Origin: Gemmatimonadota bacterium
GTDB lineage: Bacteria > Gemmatimonadota > Gemmatimonadetes > Gemmatimonadales > Gemmatimonadaceae
Length of the DNA stretch: 64,000 bases
Reading direction: 5' to 3'
Assembly: GCA_031372565.1 (NCBI GenBank)
Contig: JANMLN010000201.1
Location: 1-64,000 of the forward strand
The notes under the pieces are model-generated. The model was not told the DNA's origin and did no database searches. It was given only the letters and a program-made list of their open reading frames with translations. The number at the start of each line of letters is the position of its first letter. Within the stretch, counting starts at the first letter, position 1. Of the stretch, positions 38,861-52,206 are shown piece by piece. The translations under genes were made by a program, and so were the position numbers.

Positions 38861-39451
38861 ATGCCTGACACACACCTCGAACCCGCCGACATCGAACTGC
38901 TCATCGACGATGAGCAGTCGCCGGGAGCCGCGCCCCTCGCGGCTCACGCGGCGCAGTGTGATCCCTGCCGCGCGGCGCTGGACGAGGCCCGTTTTGTCGC
39001 CGAGATGCTCTCGACGGCGCCGCACCTCAAGCCGACCCGCGAGTTCACGGAGCGCGTGATGGGCAGCGTTGAGGTGTCGTCGCCCTGGCATGTGGCGCTC
39101 ACGGACTCGGTGCTCGCCGTCGTCCCTGAACGCGGGACGACACGCACGGGGATGCTGGTGGCGGCGTTGTTCGCCGGGCTGCTCACGACGGCAGGCGTCG
39201 TCTGGCTGGCGCTTCGGGCTGACCAGGCGGCGATGGTCGCGGGCATGGTCGCCGAGCGCGGGCGCACGGTCGGCATCCGGATCGGGAACGACGTGGCCGG
39301 CGCGTTGTTCGGGCCGACCGCGGTCGATCTGCTGCGCGAGCACGGCTTCACCGCCGTCGCCCTCGCCATTCCGGCGTTCCTGCTCACCGCCGCGGCCGCG
39401 CTGATGGGGTTCCGAGCCCTCGGCGTCGCGGCGCGTACGCGGAGGGGTTGA
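38861..39451 (+). CDS. Membrane-bound anti-sigma factor with zinc-binding (ZAS-like) motif
   Basis: H...HAAQCDPC (HxxxCxxC), FTERVM, two hydrophobic segments; follows ECF sigma. Confidence 0.8.
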   Translation: MPDTHLEPADIELLIDDEQSPGAAPLAAHAAQCDPCRAALDEARFVAEMLSTAPHLKPTREFTERVMGSVEVSSPWHVALTDSVLAVVPERGTTRTGMLVAALFAGLLTTAGVVWLALRADQAAMVAGMVAERGRTVGIRIGNDVAGALFGPTAVDLLREHGFTAVALAIPAFLLTAAAALMGFRALGVAARTRRG

Positions 39452-39454
39452 GTC

Positions 39455-40552
39455 ATGCGACGTGTGCATGCCCTCCTGTTGGTCGCGGCCGCATGGTTGC
39501 CCATGGCCGCGGTTGCGCAGGCCCCCAGCGACTCGATCGGCAAACTGCTTGCGCTGGTCGCACGCGAGTTTCCCAAGCGCACGCTGCCGACCAACGCGTT
39601 GGTGACGGCGGGCGCCCGGACGGTGATTGCAGGGTCGAAGGAGCCGGGCGACGTGGCCACGGCTGGCCGTCTCGACGTGCTCGGCGATGTGGCCGGCAGT
39701 GCGTTCGCGTTGGGCGGCGACCTGATCGTCGGCCCCGGTGCGCACGTGCACGGTGATGCGATCAGCGTTGGCGGCGACGTGCGCCTCGATGGCGGTCTGG
39801 TGGACGGCGAGATCCGTCGCATCGCGACCACTGCGTCGGCTGCGGCCGGAGCGGTGGCAGGCGACGAGGACGGCCTGATGCCCGCCTCCGGCCGCTCACC
39901 GTTCGCGCAGGCGCTGGGCTGGCTGGTCGTGCTGCTGCTTGTGGGCATCGGCACGCTCGTGTTCGCCGACCGGTATCTCGACGGCGTCGTGCGCGAGCTC
40001 GAACGCTCCGTGCCGCGCGCCTTCCTGATCGGCCTCGCGGGAGAACTGGCGCTGGCCCCGGCGCTGCTCCTCATCTGCGTCGGGCTCGCGCTCACGCTGC
40101 TCGGCATCCTCGTGATTCCCTTCGCGGTCGTCGCGTTCGTGCTGGCGGCAGCCGGCCTGCTCACGCTCGGGTATCTCGGCGTGGCGAGCATGGCCGGCAG
40201 CGCCCTGATGCGCGACGGCGCGCGCCACTCGGCCCGCGGGGCTGCGTTGCGCTCGTTGCTCGTGGGCATCGTGGCGCTCATGGCGTTCTGGATCGTTGCG
40301 GGGCTCGTCGGCAACACGGGGCTGCTACTGATGGTCACGCGCGGACTTGCCGTCGCCATCACGTGGGTTGCCGCGACGGCGGGCTTCGGTGCCGCCCTCG
40401 CCTCGCGCGGTGGCGCACTCAAGCGGCGTCAAAGCCCCAGAACACCAGCCGGTGGCACGGATGCCGCGTGGCAGACACCGACGCCCGTGCGCGGTGTGGC
40501 AGCCGCCAAGCGGCCCGCAGCGACCACCGCGTCGGGCGGCGAACGCCGGTGA
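39455..40552 (+). CDS. Membrane protein with bactofilin-like GDV/GGD repeats and multiple TM helices
   Basis: GDVAGSAFALGGDLIVGPGAHVHGDAISVGGDV then about 5 TM helices. Confidence 0.7.
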   Translation: MRRVHALLLVAAAWLPMAAVAQAPSDSIGKLLALVAREFPKRTLPTNALVTAGARTVIAGSKEPGDVATAGRLDVLGDVAGSAFALGGDLIVGPGAHVHGDAISVGGDVRLDGGLVDGEIRRIATTASAAAGAVAGDEDGLMPASGRSPFAQALGWLVVLLLVGIGTLVFADRYLDGVVRELERSVPRAFLIGLAGELALAPALLLICVGLALTLLGILVIPFAVVAFVLAAAGLLTLGYLGVASMAGSALMRDGARHSARGAALRSLLVGIVALMAFWIVAGLVGNTGLLLMVTRGLAVAITWVAATAGFGAALASRGGALKRRQSPRTPAGGTDAAWQTPTPVRGVAAAKRPAATTASGGERR

Positions 40553-41487
40553 ACATCGCGTTCGTTCGCCTGCACGCGCGGTCTGCGGTGTCGCGGGCGG
40601 CGCGCGTGCGTCCGTTCACGGTACGCAAGCGGCCTCGCCGGTTGACCTCGGTGGCGCTGGCGCTGGCCGGTGTGCTGCTCGTGCTGCTGCCGTCGTGCGC
40701 CGGAGCGCAGACGTGGCGGACGATCGATGCGTCACGCATGGTGCGCGATACCGAGCCCGTCGCCGTGAAGGTGCAGTACGGTGCGGGCCGGTTGTCCGTG
40801 CGAGGCGCCGACGCCCCATACCTCTATCGCGCGCAACTCCGATACGACGAAGCGCGCGCGCGGGCGCTCTCGACGTGGGACTCGGCCAACCGCACGCTCA
40901 CCGTGGGTGTGGATGCGTCCGGAGGCAGTCGGGATGTCGGAGGCAAGGCGACCGGCGGCACCATGACGCTGGCGCTCACGCGCGCGCTACCGATCGACCT
41001 GCAGTTCGACCTTGGCGTGACCGAGAGCACGCTTGAACTCGGCGGCCTTCGCCTGCGCACACTACGGCTGCGTACCGGAGCGAGCGAGACGCGCGTCCGC
41101 TTCGATTCGCCATCAACCGAGCCCATGACGTCGATGGAGGTCGACGCCGGCGCGGCCGCGTTCCACGCGACCGGTCTCGCGAACAGCGGCACGGCCTCGA
41201 TACGCGTCACCGGTGGGCTGGGACTCGTGGACCTCGACTTCGGGGGCACGTGGCGCCGCGACATCGCGCTGGAGCTCACGCTCGCGGTGGGCGGAGGCGA
41301 ACTCACGGTTCCGGCCGCCGTGGGCGTGCGCCTCAGCGGGCAGAAGACGATGGGCTCGTACCAGTTCGACGGCATGCGTGAAGTGGGCCCGGGAGTGTGG
41401 GAGACGAGCGGCTTCACCGATGCCAAGCACAAGCTGACGGTGAAAGCCACCACCACGCTGGGCGCGCTCAAGATCGTGCGTCGCTAG
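40549..41487 (+). CDS. LiaF/'toast-rack'-like exported beta-repeat protein
   Basis: YGAGRLSV, LDLGGL-like ELGGLRLRTLRLRTGAS, GGLGLVDLDFGG, TTLGALKI; last gene of the ECF operon; start uncertain. Confidence 0.65.
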   Translation: MNIAFVRLHARSAVSRAARVRPFTVRKRPRRLTSVALALAGVLLVLLPSCAGAQTWRTIDASRMVRDTEPVAVKVQYGAGRLSVRGADAPYLYRAQLRYDEARARALSTWDSANRTLTVGVDASGGSRDVGGKATGGTMTLALTRALPIDLQFDLGVTESTLELGGLRLRTLRLRTGASETRVRFDSPSTEPMTSMEVDAGAAAFHATGLANSGTASIRVTGGLGLVDLDFGGTWRRDIALELTLAVGGGELTVPAAVGVRLSGQKTMGSYQFDGMREVGPGVWETSGFTDAKHKLTVKATTTLGALKIVRR

Positions 41488-41553
41488 GTCGGTCGCCGCG
41501 AGGGTCTCCACGTCGCGTCGCAGCCGGGTCTCGGCGGTGGCCTGCTCCCAGCC

Positions 41554-42882
41554 CTACACCGTCCGCAGCTTCCAGCGTCCGCGCTTCCAGATGATCGCCA
41601 TCGCCACTGCACGCGCGATCGCGGTCCCCGTGATCACCCACCAGATTCCCACCGTTCCCCACCGCGCAGCGGCCCATGCGGCCAGCGGCACGCGCAACAC
41701 GGTGATCAACGTGCTGGTCACCATCGGTGGCATCGTGTGCCCCGCGCCGCCCAGCGCGCTCTCGAGCACCACCTCGGTGCACACGGCCAACTCCGACCAG
41801 GCGCCGATGCGGAGGTAGCGCGCCGCTTCGTCGACCACCGTGGGGTCGCCGGTGAAGATCATCGCGAGCCGTTCCGGGATCGTCACGGCGAGCACGAAGA
41901 ACACGAGTGCCGGCACCGATGCGTACCCGACCGTGATCCACGCAGCGCGCTCTGCGCGCGCAGTCTGCCCGGCACCGAGGTTCTGCCCCACGATCGCGGC
42001 CGCCCCGGCCCCGAAGCCGACGCCGATCATGTAGAGCCAGCTCTCGATCCGGTGGCCCAAGCCGAGCGCGGCGATCGCCGGCGTACCGAAGTGTGCGGTC
42101 GTGCGGGTGACCAGCGCGTAGATCAGCGAGAAGACGACCCCCGTGGCCGCCGTCGGTGCCCCCACCCGGCACATGGTCCGGATCAGTGTCCAATCGAGTC
42201 CGCGCCAGCGCAGCATCCCGCGTCGCCACAGGATCACGACGCCCGTGATGAAGCAGACGCTGCGCGTGGTGACGGTCGCGATCGCCGCGCCGCGGATACC
42301 CAGTTCGGGCAGCCCGAGCAGGCCCAGAATGAGGATGGGATCGAGCACGAGCGTCACCGATACGCTGGCCGCGAGCAGCAGCAACGGCGTGCGGGTATCG
42401 CCGCTGGATCGGAAGGCAGCGTCGACGGCAAAGAAGCCGAACAGGAGCGGTGCGCCCAGCAGGTAGGTGCCGAGGTACTGCATGCCGAGCTTCGTGACCT
42501 GCGGCGGCGTCTGCATGCCGGCGAAGATGTACGGCAGCGCGACGGTCCCGACGGCAGCCACCGCGACCCCGAGCAGGAGCGTGAGCATGATCGCGTTGGC
42601 CGTGGCGTGCGAGGCTTCGTCGGGACGCTGCTGGCCGTAGCGGCGCGCGGCCACGGCCGTCAACCCGATCGAGATCATCTCGGCGATCGAGATGATCAGC
42701 CAGACCCAGAAGAGACTCGTCGTGACCGCTGCGAGCCCCGCCGATCCCACGTACGTGCCGACCCAGAAGGTGTCGACGGCCGTGAAGAAGGTGAGGAGGA
42801 GCGTCGAGGCGACCGCGGGCAGCGCCACGCTGAGGACGACCCGCGACAGGTCGCCCTCCACGATGGCCGCACCACGACTCAT
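41554..42882 (-). CDS. MATE family efflux transporter
   Basis: VDTFWVG, FRSSGDTRTPL, LDPILILG..PELGIRGAAIAT, VGQNLGAG; about 12 TM. Confidence 0.92.
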   Translation of the reverse strand: MSRGAAIVEGDLSRVVLSVALPAVASTLLLTFFTAVDTFWVGTYVGSAGLAAVTTSLFWVWLIISIAEMISIGLTAVAARRYGQQRPDEASHATANAIMLTLLLGVAVAAVGTVALPYIFAGMQTPPQVTKLGMQYLGTYLLGAPLLFGFFAVDAAFRSSGDTRTPLLLLAASVSVTLVLDPILILGLLGLPELGIRGAAIATVTTRSVCFITGVVILWRRGMLRWRGLDWTLIRTMCRVGAPTAATGVVFSLIYALVTRTTAHFGTPAIAALGLGHRIESWLYMIGVGFGAGAAAIVGQNLGAGQTARAERAAWITVGYASVPALVFFVLAVTIPERLAMIFTGDPTVVDEAARYLRIGAWSELAVCTEVVLESALGGAGHTMPPMVTSTLITVLRVPLAAWAAARWGTVGIWWVITGTAIARAVAMAIIWKRGRWKLRTV

Positions 42883-44018
42883 GTCGGGGCCGTGACGCCC
42901 GCGCGCTCGAGCACCTTGGTCGCGATCGCGTCCAGCGCCTTCGCGGCGGAGGACGTCGGATCGGCGGCGACGATCGGTGTGCCATCATCGCCCGACTGCA
43001 CGATGCGCGGATAGAGCGGCACGTGGCCAAGCAGCGGGACCTTGAGCTCATCGGCCAGCGCCTGCCCGCCGCCAGACCCGAAGAGCGCCATCGGCTTGCC
43101 CGTGTCGGGCGACTCGAACCAGCTCATGTTCTCGACGATGCCGTAGACCGGCACGCCGACACGCTCGAACATCTTGGCGCCACGCAGGGCATCGCCCACC
43201 GCGACCTGCTGCGGCGTGGTGACGATCACGGCGCCGCTCACCTGCGTCGCCTGCACGAGCGAGAGCTGCGCGTCGCCCGTGCCTGGGGGCATGTCGACGA
43301 GCAGCACGTCGAGCTGCCCCCAGTCCACGTCCCGCAGGAACTGCGTGACGATCTTCATCACGATCGGTCCGCGCCAGATGGCGGGCTGGTCGCGCTCGAT
43401 CAGGAAGCCGAGCGACACGATCTTCACGCCGTGCGCCTCGAGGGGCACGATCTTCTGCGTGGCATTGTCGACCGGCAGGTGCCCCGACACACCGAGCATC
43501 CGCGGAATGTTCGGTCCGTAGATGTCGGCATCCATGACGCCGACGCGCAGCCCTCGCCGCGCGAGCGTGACCGCGAGATTGGTGGTCATCGTGCTCTTGC
43601 CGACGCCGCCCTTCCCCGACGACACCGCGATGATCCTGCCCAACTTCGGGTACACCACCGGTGCCGGCACCGACCCGGCGCCAGGGCGCTGGGCGCTCTG
43701 CGGTGAGGCATCCATGATCGGGAGCGCGCGCGGCGCACCGCCAGCCGCGCCGGCCGGCTTGGGCTTCGGCGCGAACTCAGCCGGGTCCTTGGGGTCGACG
43801 CGCACGTCCGTGACCCCCTCCACGCGCTCGACCGCCTGCCGCACGCTCCGCACCAGCGTCGCATCATCGGCGGGTGCGAGCAGCAGGGTCAACCGCACCC
43901 TGCCATCGGTCGTCGTGGCCACATCACGGATCATCTCGGCCGTCACCACGTCGGTGCCGACGCGCGGGTTCATCACGGCGCGGAGCGCGCCATCGATCTT
44001 TTCTGCAAGCGTGGCCAT
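42879..44018 (-). CDS. mrp: Mrp/ApbC/NBP35 Fe-S cluster carrier ATPase
   Basis: SGKGGVGKST, DADIYGP, IWRGP, DMPPGTGD, VTTPQ, GIVENMS. Confidence 0.93.
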   Translation of the reverse strand: MATLAEKIDGALRAVMNPRVGTDVVTAEMIRDVATTTDGRVRLTLLLAPADDATLVRSVRQAVERVEGVTDVRVDPKDPAEFAPKPKPAGAAGGAPRALPIMDASPQSAQRPGAGSVPAPVVYPKLGRIIAVSSGKGGVGKSTMTTNLAVTLARRGLRVGVMDADIYGPNIPRMLGVSGHLPVDNATQKIVPLEAHGVKIVSLGFLIERDQPAIWRGPIVMKIVTQFLRDVDWGQLDVLLVDMPPGTGDAQLSLVQATQVSGAVIVTTPQQVAVGDALRGAKMFERVGVPVYGIVENMSWFESPDTGKPMALFGSGGGQALADELKVPLLGHVPLYPRIVQSGDDGTPIVAADPTSSAAKALDAIATKVLERAGVTAPT

Positions 44019-44020
44019 GG

Positions 44021-45055
44021 TCAGCCTACGGGAATGGTCAGGAGATAGTCGCGCGCCGCCTGGATGACGCGCGGCTGTACCGCATCGAGCGCACCCGGGA
44101 TCAACGCGCCCGCAGCCTTGGCGTGCCCACCGCCGCCGAACTGGCGCGCAAGCACATTGACGTCCACCGCGCCCGTGGACCGGAACGAGACCTTGACCCG
44201 ATCATGGCCGAGGTCACGGAAGAAGAGGGCGAGGCGTGTGCCCGCGATCGAGCGCGGATGCTCCGCCAAGCCATCGAGGTCCTCGGGCGTCACCTGATGC
44301 CGCTCGAGGGCACCGGCGGCCAGCGAGATCCACGCGAGACCGACCGTCGGATCCTGCTCGACCGAGGCCAGCGCTTCGCGCAGCAGGTGCAGCCGTCCGA
44401 CGGGCATCGACTGGTAGACCGCCCGATAGATCGACTCGGGCTCCACGCCGGCCGCGAGCAGCTCCGCCGCGATGGCGTGGCAGCGCGGGCTCGTGTTGCT
44501 GAAGCGGAAGCCACCCGTGTCGGTGAGCATCGCCACATACAGCGGCACCGCGATCTCGGCCGTGATGGGCACCCCCATCACGTGGGCCAGGTCGCGGATC
44601 ATCTCCCCCGTCGCACAGGCTGCGATGTCGGACGCCGTGACGTCCCCCGCCGGCTCGTCGTGCGCGACGTGATGGTCGATCACGAGACGCGGCACCTTGA
44701 GCGCGCGGACGGCATCGGCGAGCACGCCCAGCCGGCTCACGTCACTGATGTCGAGCACGAGCAGCAGGTCGGCGCCGCGAAACCCCTTCGCGCCCTCCTG
44801 GCTCCGCTCCATCACGTCATCGCCGAGCAGGAAGCGGAAGCCGTTTGGCCATGGCGTGGGGTTGACGATGCGAACGCGCAGCCCTGCCGCCTGCAGGATG
44901 CGCGCAGTGGCCACTTCGGAGCCGCAGCCGTCGCCGTCGGAGTTGATGTGCGTGCTGAGGACGACGGTCTTGCCCGGCGTCAGGTACGCCGCCACGGCCG
45001 CGAGTGCGTCGCGTCGCTGCGGCGGGATGTCGAGCAGATCGGGAAGCGTGGGCAT
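44021..45055 (-). CDS. DHH/DHHA1 phosphoesterase (NrnA-like)
   Basis: THINSDGD, IDHH, TDTGGFRF, KVSFRS, GGGGHAKAAG. Confidence 0.92.
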   Translation of the reverse strand: MPTLPDLLDIPPQRRDALAAVAAYLTPGKTVVLSTHINSDGDGCGSEVATARILQAAGLRVRIVNPTPWPNGFRFLLGDDVMERSQEGAKGFRGADLLLVLDISDVSRLGVLADAVRALKVPRLVIDHHVAHDEPAGDVTASDIAACATGEMIRDLAHVMGVPITAEIAVPLYVAMLTDTGGFRFSNTSPRCHAIAAELLAAGVEPESIYRAVYQSMPVGRLHLLREALASVEQDPTVGLAWISLAAGALERHQVTPEDLDGLAEHPRSIAGTRLALFFRDLGHDRVKVSFRSTGAVDVNVLARQFGGGGHAKAAGALIPGALDAVQPRVIQAARDYLLTIPVG

Positions 45056-45147
45056 GCGTGGGGCAGAAAGACAGCGCGGCGCCCCACAGTCGGAGCGCCG
45101 CGCTGAAAGATAGTCACTCGCCACCCGCAGGTGGCGCGACGGCGTCG

Positions 45148-46689
<1,542 letters not shown>

Positions 46690-46902
46690 CGGGACTTCCT
46701 CTCTGGGTGGAGCGACTGTGCGTGGGCGGACATGAATCGGCGGCCGAGCCCTTCCGGACCCCGCCGCCGGGAAGCGGTGGCGCAATCGACCTGCGACAAC
46801 CCCCAAAGGTCGACGCAGAGGTAGTGCCCTGTCAAGGAAGCGTCACGGGGGCCGCGCGCGATCACCACCCCCGTGCACCGCCTGTTCACCCGGTCCGAGC
46901 CG

Positions 46903-48909
<2,007 letters not shown>

Positions 48910-49293
48910 TCACCGCTTCTTGCCGCGCGCCCCCGGCAAGAACGCCGCCGCGACACCCACCAGCTTGGCCACCTTCCCCTCGGTGATCCACCGCGGGTCG
49001 CCCTTCCAGTGGTCGAGGACGACATCAAGTCCCGCGTTCCGGAGAAGGCGCCGCACCGCCATCAGGAGCACCACCAGGTCGTCGACCTCGCCAAAGAACG
49101 GCAGGAAGTCGGGGACCAGGTCGAGTGGCATCACGAAGTAGAGCGCCGCGCCGACCACCAGCGCCTTGTCGAACAGCGAGACGCGCGCGTCGCGAGCGAG
49201 CCCCCACATGAGGCGGCCCAGGTTCGGGAGCGCGAGGAGCGCGTCCGCGACCGACGAGCGCGGACTACGTACCGGCGCGGGGGGCGCTGCCAT
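48910..49293 (-). CDS. YkvA/DUF1232 family membrane protein
   Basis: DARVSLFDK...ALYFVMPLDLVPDFLPFFGEVDD. Confidence 0.85.
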   Translation of the reverse strand: MAAPPAPVRSPRSSVADALLALPNLGRLMWGLARDARVSLFDKALVVGAALYFVMPLDLVPDFLPFFGEVDDLVVLLMAVRRLLRNAGLDVVLDHWKGDPRWITEGKVAKLVGVAAAFLPGARGKKR

Positions 49294-49786
49294 CGGTGGG
49301 CCAGTGCGGTTCGACCGCGATGCTCTCGGCCACGGCGGGATCGGGCTTGAGCACGGGGGGCGCATCCGCCGAGGGCAGCGGTGCGCCCGCCGACGGGCTC
49401 GGCTTCGATGCGCCCGAGCCCGTGGCGGCGGCGTTCGCGGCAGCCACAGCGGCGCTCGCCGCGGCCGAGGCGTTAGTGCCCACCTTGTTCACCGTGCCCG
49501 AAATGTCGGTGGCCACGCTCTTGCCCGCCGCCACGGCCCCGTTGAGCACCCCCATGGCCTTGTTCATGAACCCCATCGTCTCGCTGATGGCGTTCGCGCT
49601 AACCTTGCCGGCGCGGAGTGTGTCTTCGACCGTGTCGGCGAAGCGGGTGAAGATGCTTGCTTGCGACGCGGGGGTGGTGGCGTACTTGGACTCGAGAAAC
49701 TCGACGTAGTCGAGGACCTGGTAGCCCTTCTCGTCGGTGAGCGTGTCGAGCTTGCGGACGAGGCGATCGCGCAGATGGTCGTTCAT
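49265..49786 (-). CDS. Hypothetical protein with low-complexity Ala/Pro tail
   Basis: MNDHLRDRLVRKLDTLTDEKGYQVLDYVEFLESKY; strong coding-like codon use. Confidence 0.7.
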   Translation of the reverse strand: MNDHLRDRLVRKLDTLTDEKGYQVLDYVEFLESKYATTPASQASIFTRFADTVEDTLRAGKVSANAISETMGFMNKAMGVLNGAVAAGKSVATDISGTVNKVGTNASAAASAAVAAANAAATGSGASKPSPSAGAPLPSADAPPVLKPDPAVAESIAVEPHWPTDGSAPRAGT

Positions 49787-49861
49787 GGCGGAGGCGGCCG
49801 GCGTGTGAGGGATACTCCCCCTACGATAGCGGCACGCCGAAGGTTCCGCCGCCTCCGGGGT

Positions 49862-50899
49862 TCACCCCCGCCAGCGCACCCGGTCACCGCGCACATCCAT
49901 GTGCACGTACGGGCTGGAGAAACGCCGACTCAGGTACGTCCCGATGCCGCCGACCAGTTCGGGGTGCGCTTCCTCCACCTGTTCGATCGCGCGCACCACG
50001 AGCACGAGATCCTTGCGCGTGAATCGGCCGTCGCGGTCGGCGTCGATGGCCACATCCAACGCTTCACCCGACTGGTGGCGACTGTCGCGGGCGGACCCCG
50101 GCACCTGCGCGTTGTGGAACGGCGTGCGGAAGCCGGAACGCACCTCGATCGCGAAACGCGGCGCCGCGCCGGCCACGGCCACGGTACCCATGTCGGCCTC
50201 GAGCTGGGCCAGGACCAGTTCCAGCTTGTCGAGGGCGCGCGTGTCGACGGCGAGGTAGCGCGGCCACTGCGACTGCGTGTCGTGCGTCAGCACATCCGAC
50301 ACACGCACATGCCGCGTGAGCGGACGGTCCAGATCACGCTCTTGCACCTCGAGGAAGCCCGCAGGCAGGGGTGCGCCGGCATCGGCATGCCGCTCGCCGC
50401 GCCACATCCCCATCCGGTAGCCGTTCAACGAGCGTCCGGTCTTTTCCTCGAAGGGCACGAGCACGCCCACGGTCACCCCCTGCACGAGCCGCCGCACCGC
50501 ACCGGGGGCCGACAGGGCGAGGTGATAGAGCCCCGGATGCTCGGGCGTCACCACTTCGGCCCCTTCGAGCGCGCGCGCGGGCGCCACGGGCACGCTGTCG
50601 TCGAGGGCCAGCCACTCGTAGCGGAGCTGCGAGGGATCGCCGGTGACCTGCAGTGGCATTTCGAGCGCCGCATTGGGCCGCGCGAAGCGCACCCGCACTT
50701 CGCCGCTCGCGCCAAAGGCATTCATGGTCGGCGCTGCGCTCGCGAGGGAACGACGCGTCATGCGCGCGGACGCCTGCTTGAGCGGCGCGACTTCCACATT
50801 CGCCCCGACGAGGGCCAGCGAGAGCAAGATCCCGGTTGCCGCGGCGCTCCGGGAGAGGGGCCGCGCGCGCAGGACACCCAGGCGCGCCGCGCGGCGCAT
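49862..50899 (-). CDS. Peptidase M15-family (YcbK/MepK-like) exported peptidoglycan peptidase, paralog 2
   Basis: SGFRTPFHN, SRHQSGEALD, YVHMDVRG zinc-binding motifs. Confidence 0.8.
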   Translation of the reverse strand: MRRAARLGVLRARPLSRSAAATGILLSLALVGANVEVAPLKQASARMTRRSLASAAPTMNAFGASGEVRVRFARPNAALEMPLQVTGDPSQLRYEWLALDDSVPVAPARALEGAEVVTPEHPGLYHLALSAPGAVRRLVQGVTVGVLVPFEEKTGRSLNGYRMGMWRGERHADAGAPLPAGFLEVQERDLDRPLTRHVRVSDVLTHDTQSQWPRYLAVDTRALDKLELVLAQLEADMGTVAVAGAAPRFAIEVRSGFRTPFHNAQVPGSARDSRHQSGEALDVAIDADRDGRFTRKDLVLVVRAIEQVEEAHPELVGGIGTYLSRRFSSPYVHMDVRGDRVRWRG

Positions 50900-51975
50900 C
50901 AGCGCGCGCTGCGTCGAGCCGCCGGAGCGGCCTTCGCCGTCGCCTTGCCTCGTGCCCTGCTGAGCACCGACTTGCCGCCGCTCTTCGCGCTCCCCTTCTT
51001 CTTCGCCTTGGACAGGCGAGGAATGGCCCCCGTCCAGCGCGCGCGGTCGCCGCGCACGTCGATGTGCACAAATGGCCCGTGCTGACGCGTGGCGCGATAG
51101 ACGCCAAAGCCGCCGATCAAGTCCGGGTGGGCCGACTCGACCCGATTGACGGCGTCGAGGAGGACCTGATTGTCCTTGCTGTTGCTCTTGCCGTCGCGAT
51201 TCAGGTCGTCCATGCGACCATCACCGTTGACATCGATGATCATGTCGGCGGCATCGCCGAACTGATGGCGACTGTCCCGCGCACGTCCACCCCGACGCGG
51301 TCCGACCCCTTCGGCATTGTATTCCGGCGTGCGGAAGCCGGACATGACGCGGACGCCGTCGACCTTGACGCCACGCGCCTTGAGATCGGCCAGCACCAGC
51401 TCGAGCTTGTCGAGCAGCTCCTCGCGGAGCACGATGTACTTGGGCCAGACATCGCTCTGATTGTGCGTCACGAAATCGCCGAGCTTGAAATGCTCGGAGA
51501 CCGGCGCATCAACGTTCTCGGGCATCACCTCGATGAAGCCGTCCGGATTCTCGTATGCGGCGCTACGCGCGCCTCGCTTCTCGGCGGGCCAATAGCCCAG
51601 CCGATAGTCGCCCACCTTGCCACCGAACTTCTCGGAGAAAGGCAGCAAGGTGATCAGCTTGACGGGCTGCGTGATCGTCGAGTCCTGGATCGGGTGGATG
51701 CCCGGGGTTGTCACCGCGCGCTCGCCGAACAGGCGCTGCAAGATCGGGATCGACATGGCGCGCGAGCGGCTGAAGAGCCGCATGCGCAGCTTGCCGCTCT
51801 TGCCCGCCAGCGAATCGGTGACCGCGCGTAGTTCGCTCGAGTCGGCCGGCACCGCCACCGGACCCGCATTCTCCAGCGTCTGCGCCGCCACAGGCCGCAC
51901 CCCACACACCACGGTGCACGCCGACCCGATCAGGGCAGCGCGCAGCAGGCGGTGGGCGGTGGCGGCAAGACGCAT
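50899..51975 (-). CDS. Peptidase M15-family (YcbK/MepK-like) exported peptidoglycan peptidase, paralog 1
   Basis: SEHFKLGDF, SGFRTPEYN, SRHQFGDAAD, FVHIDVRG; basic C-terminal tail. Confidence 0.82.
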   Translation of the reverse strand: MRLAATAHRLLRAALIGSACTVVCGVRPVAAQTLENAGPVAVPADSSELRAVTDSLAGKSGKLRMRLFSRSRAMSIPILQRLFGERAVTTPGIHPIQDSTITQPVKLITLLPFSEKFGGKVGDYRLGYWPAEKRGARSAAYENPDGFIEVMPENVDAPVSEHFKLGDFVTHNQSDVWPKYIVLREELLDKLELVLADLKARGVKVDGVRVMSGFRTPEYNAEGVGPRRGGRARDSRHQFGDAADMIIDVNGDGRMDDLNRDGKSNSKDNQVLLDAVNRVESAHPDLIGGFGVYRATRQHGPFVHIDVRGDRARWTGAIPRLSKAKKKGSAKSGGKSVLSRARGKATAKAAPAARRSAR

Positions 51976-52177
51976 GTGAGAGAGTTTCGGCCGGAGGAGG
52001 CGAGCGGCGGACGGCGATCCGTGCGTCGTACGGCGAGTATCCTGCGCTGGCGGGATATCCGACGGAAGTGCGGCAGGTCACACCCCACATGTGGGGCAGA
52101 CTCGGACAGCGCTCTAAAGATATGCCCGACTTGGGGTTCGCGCGAGGGCCATGCGAATAGCCGCCAACCGCGTGACA

Positions 52178-52199
52178 GTCGGCGTCCGTATCCGCCGAC
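52178..52199 (-). terminator. Hairpin after the L,D-transpeptidase gene (possible terminator)
   Basis: GTCGGCG/CGCCGAC 7-bp stem just past the stop codon; weak U-tract. Confidence 0.4.
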
Positions 52200-52206
52200 C
52201 GGCTTC

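Noticed and set aside
46690..46902. Amino-acid riboswitch in the permease leader
   Set aside because: GC-rich hairpins and a TTGACA are present but I recognise no glycine, lysine or SAM riboswitch consensus; an Rfam scan would settle it.
51976..52206. c-di-AMP or c-di-GMP riboswitch upstream of cell-wall peptidases
   Set aside because: Context is suggestive but conserved motifs were not found by eye.
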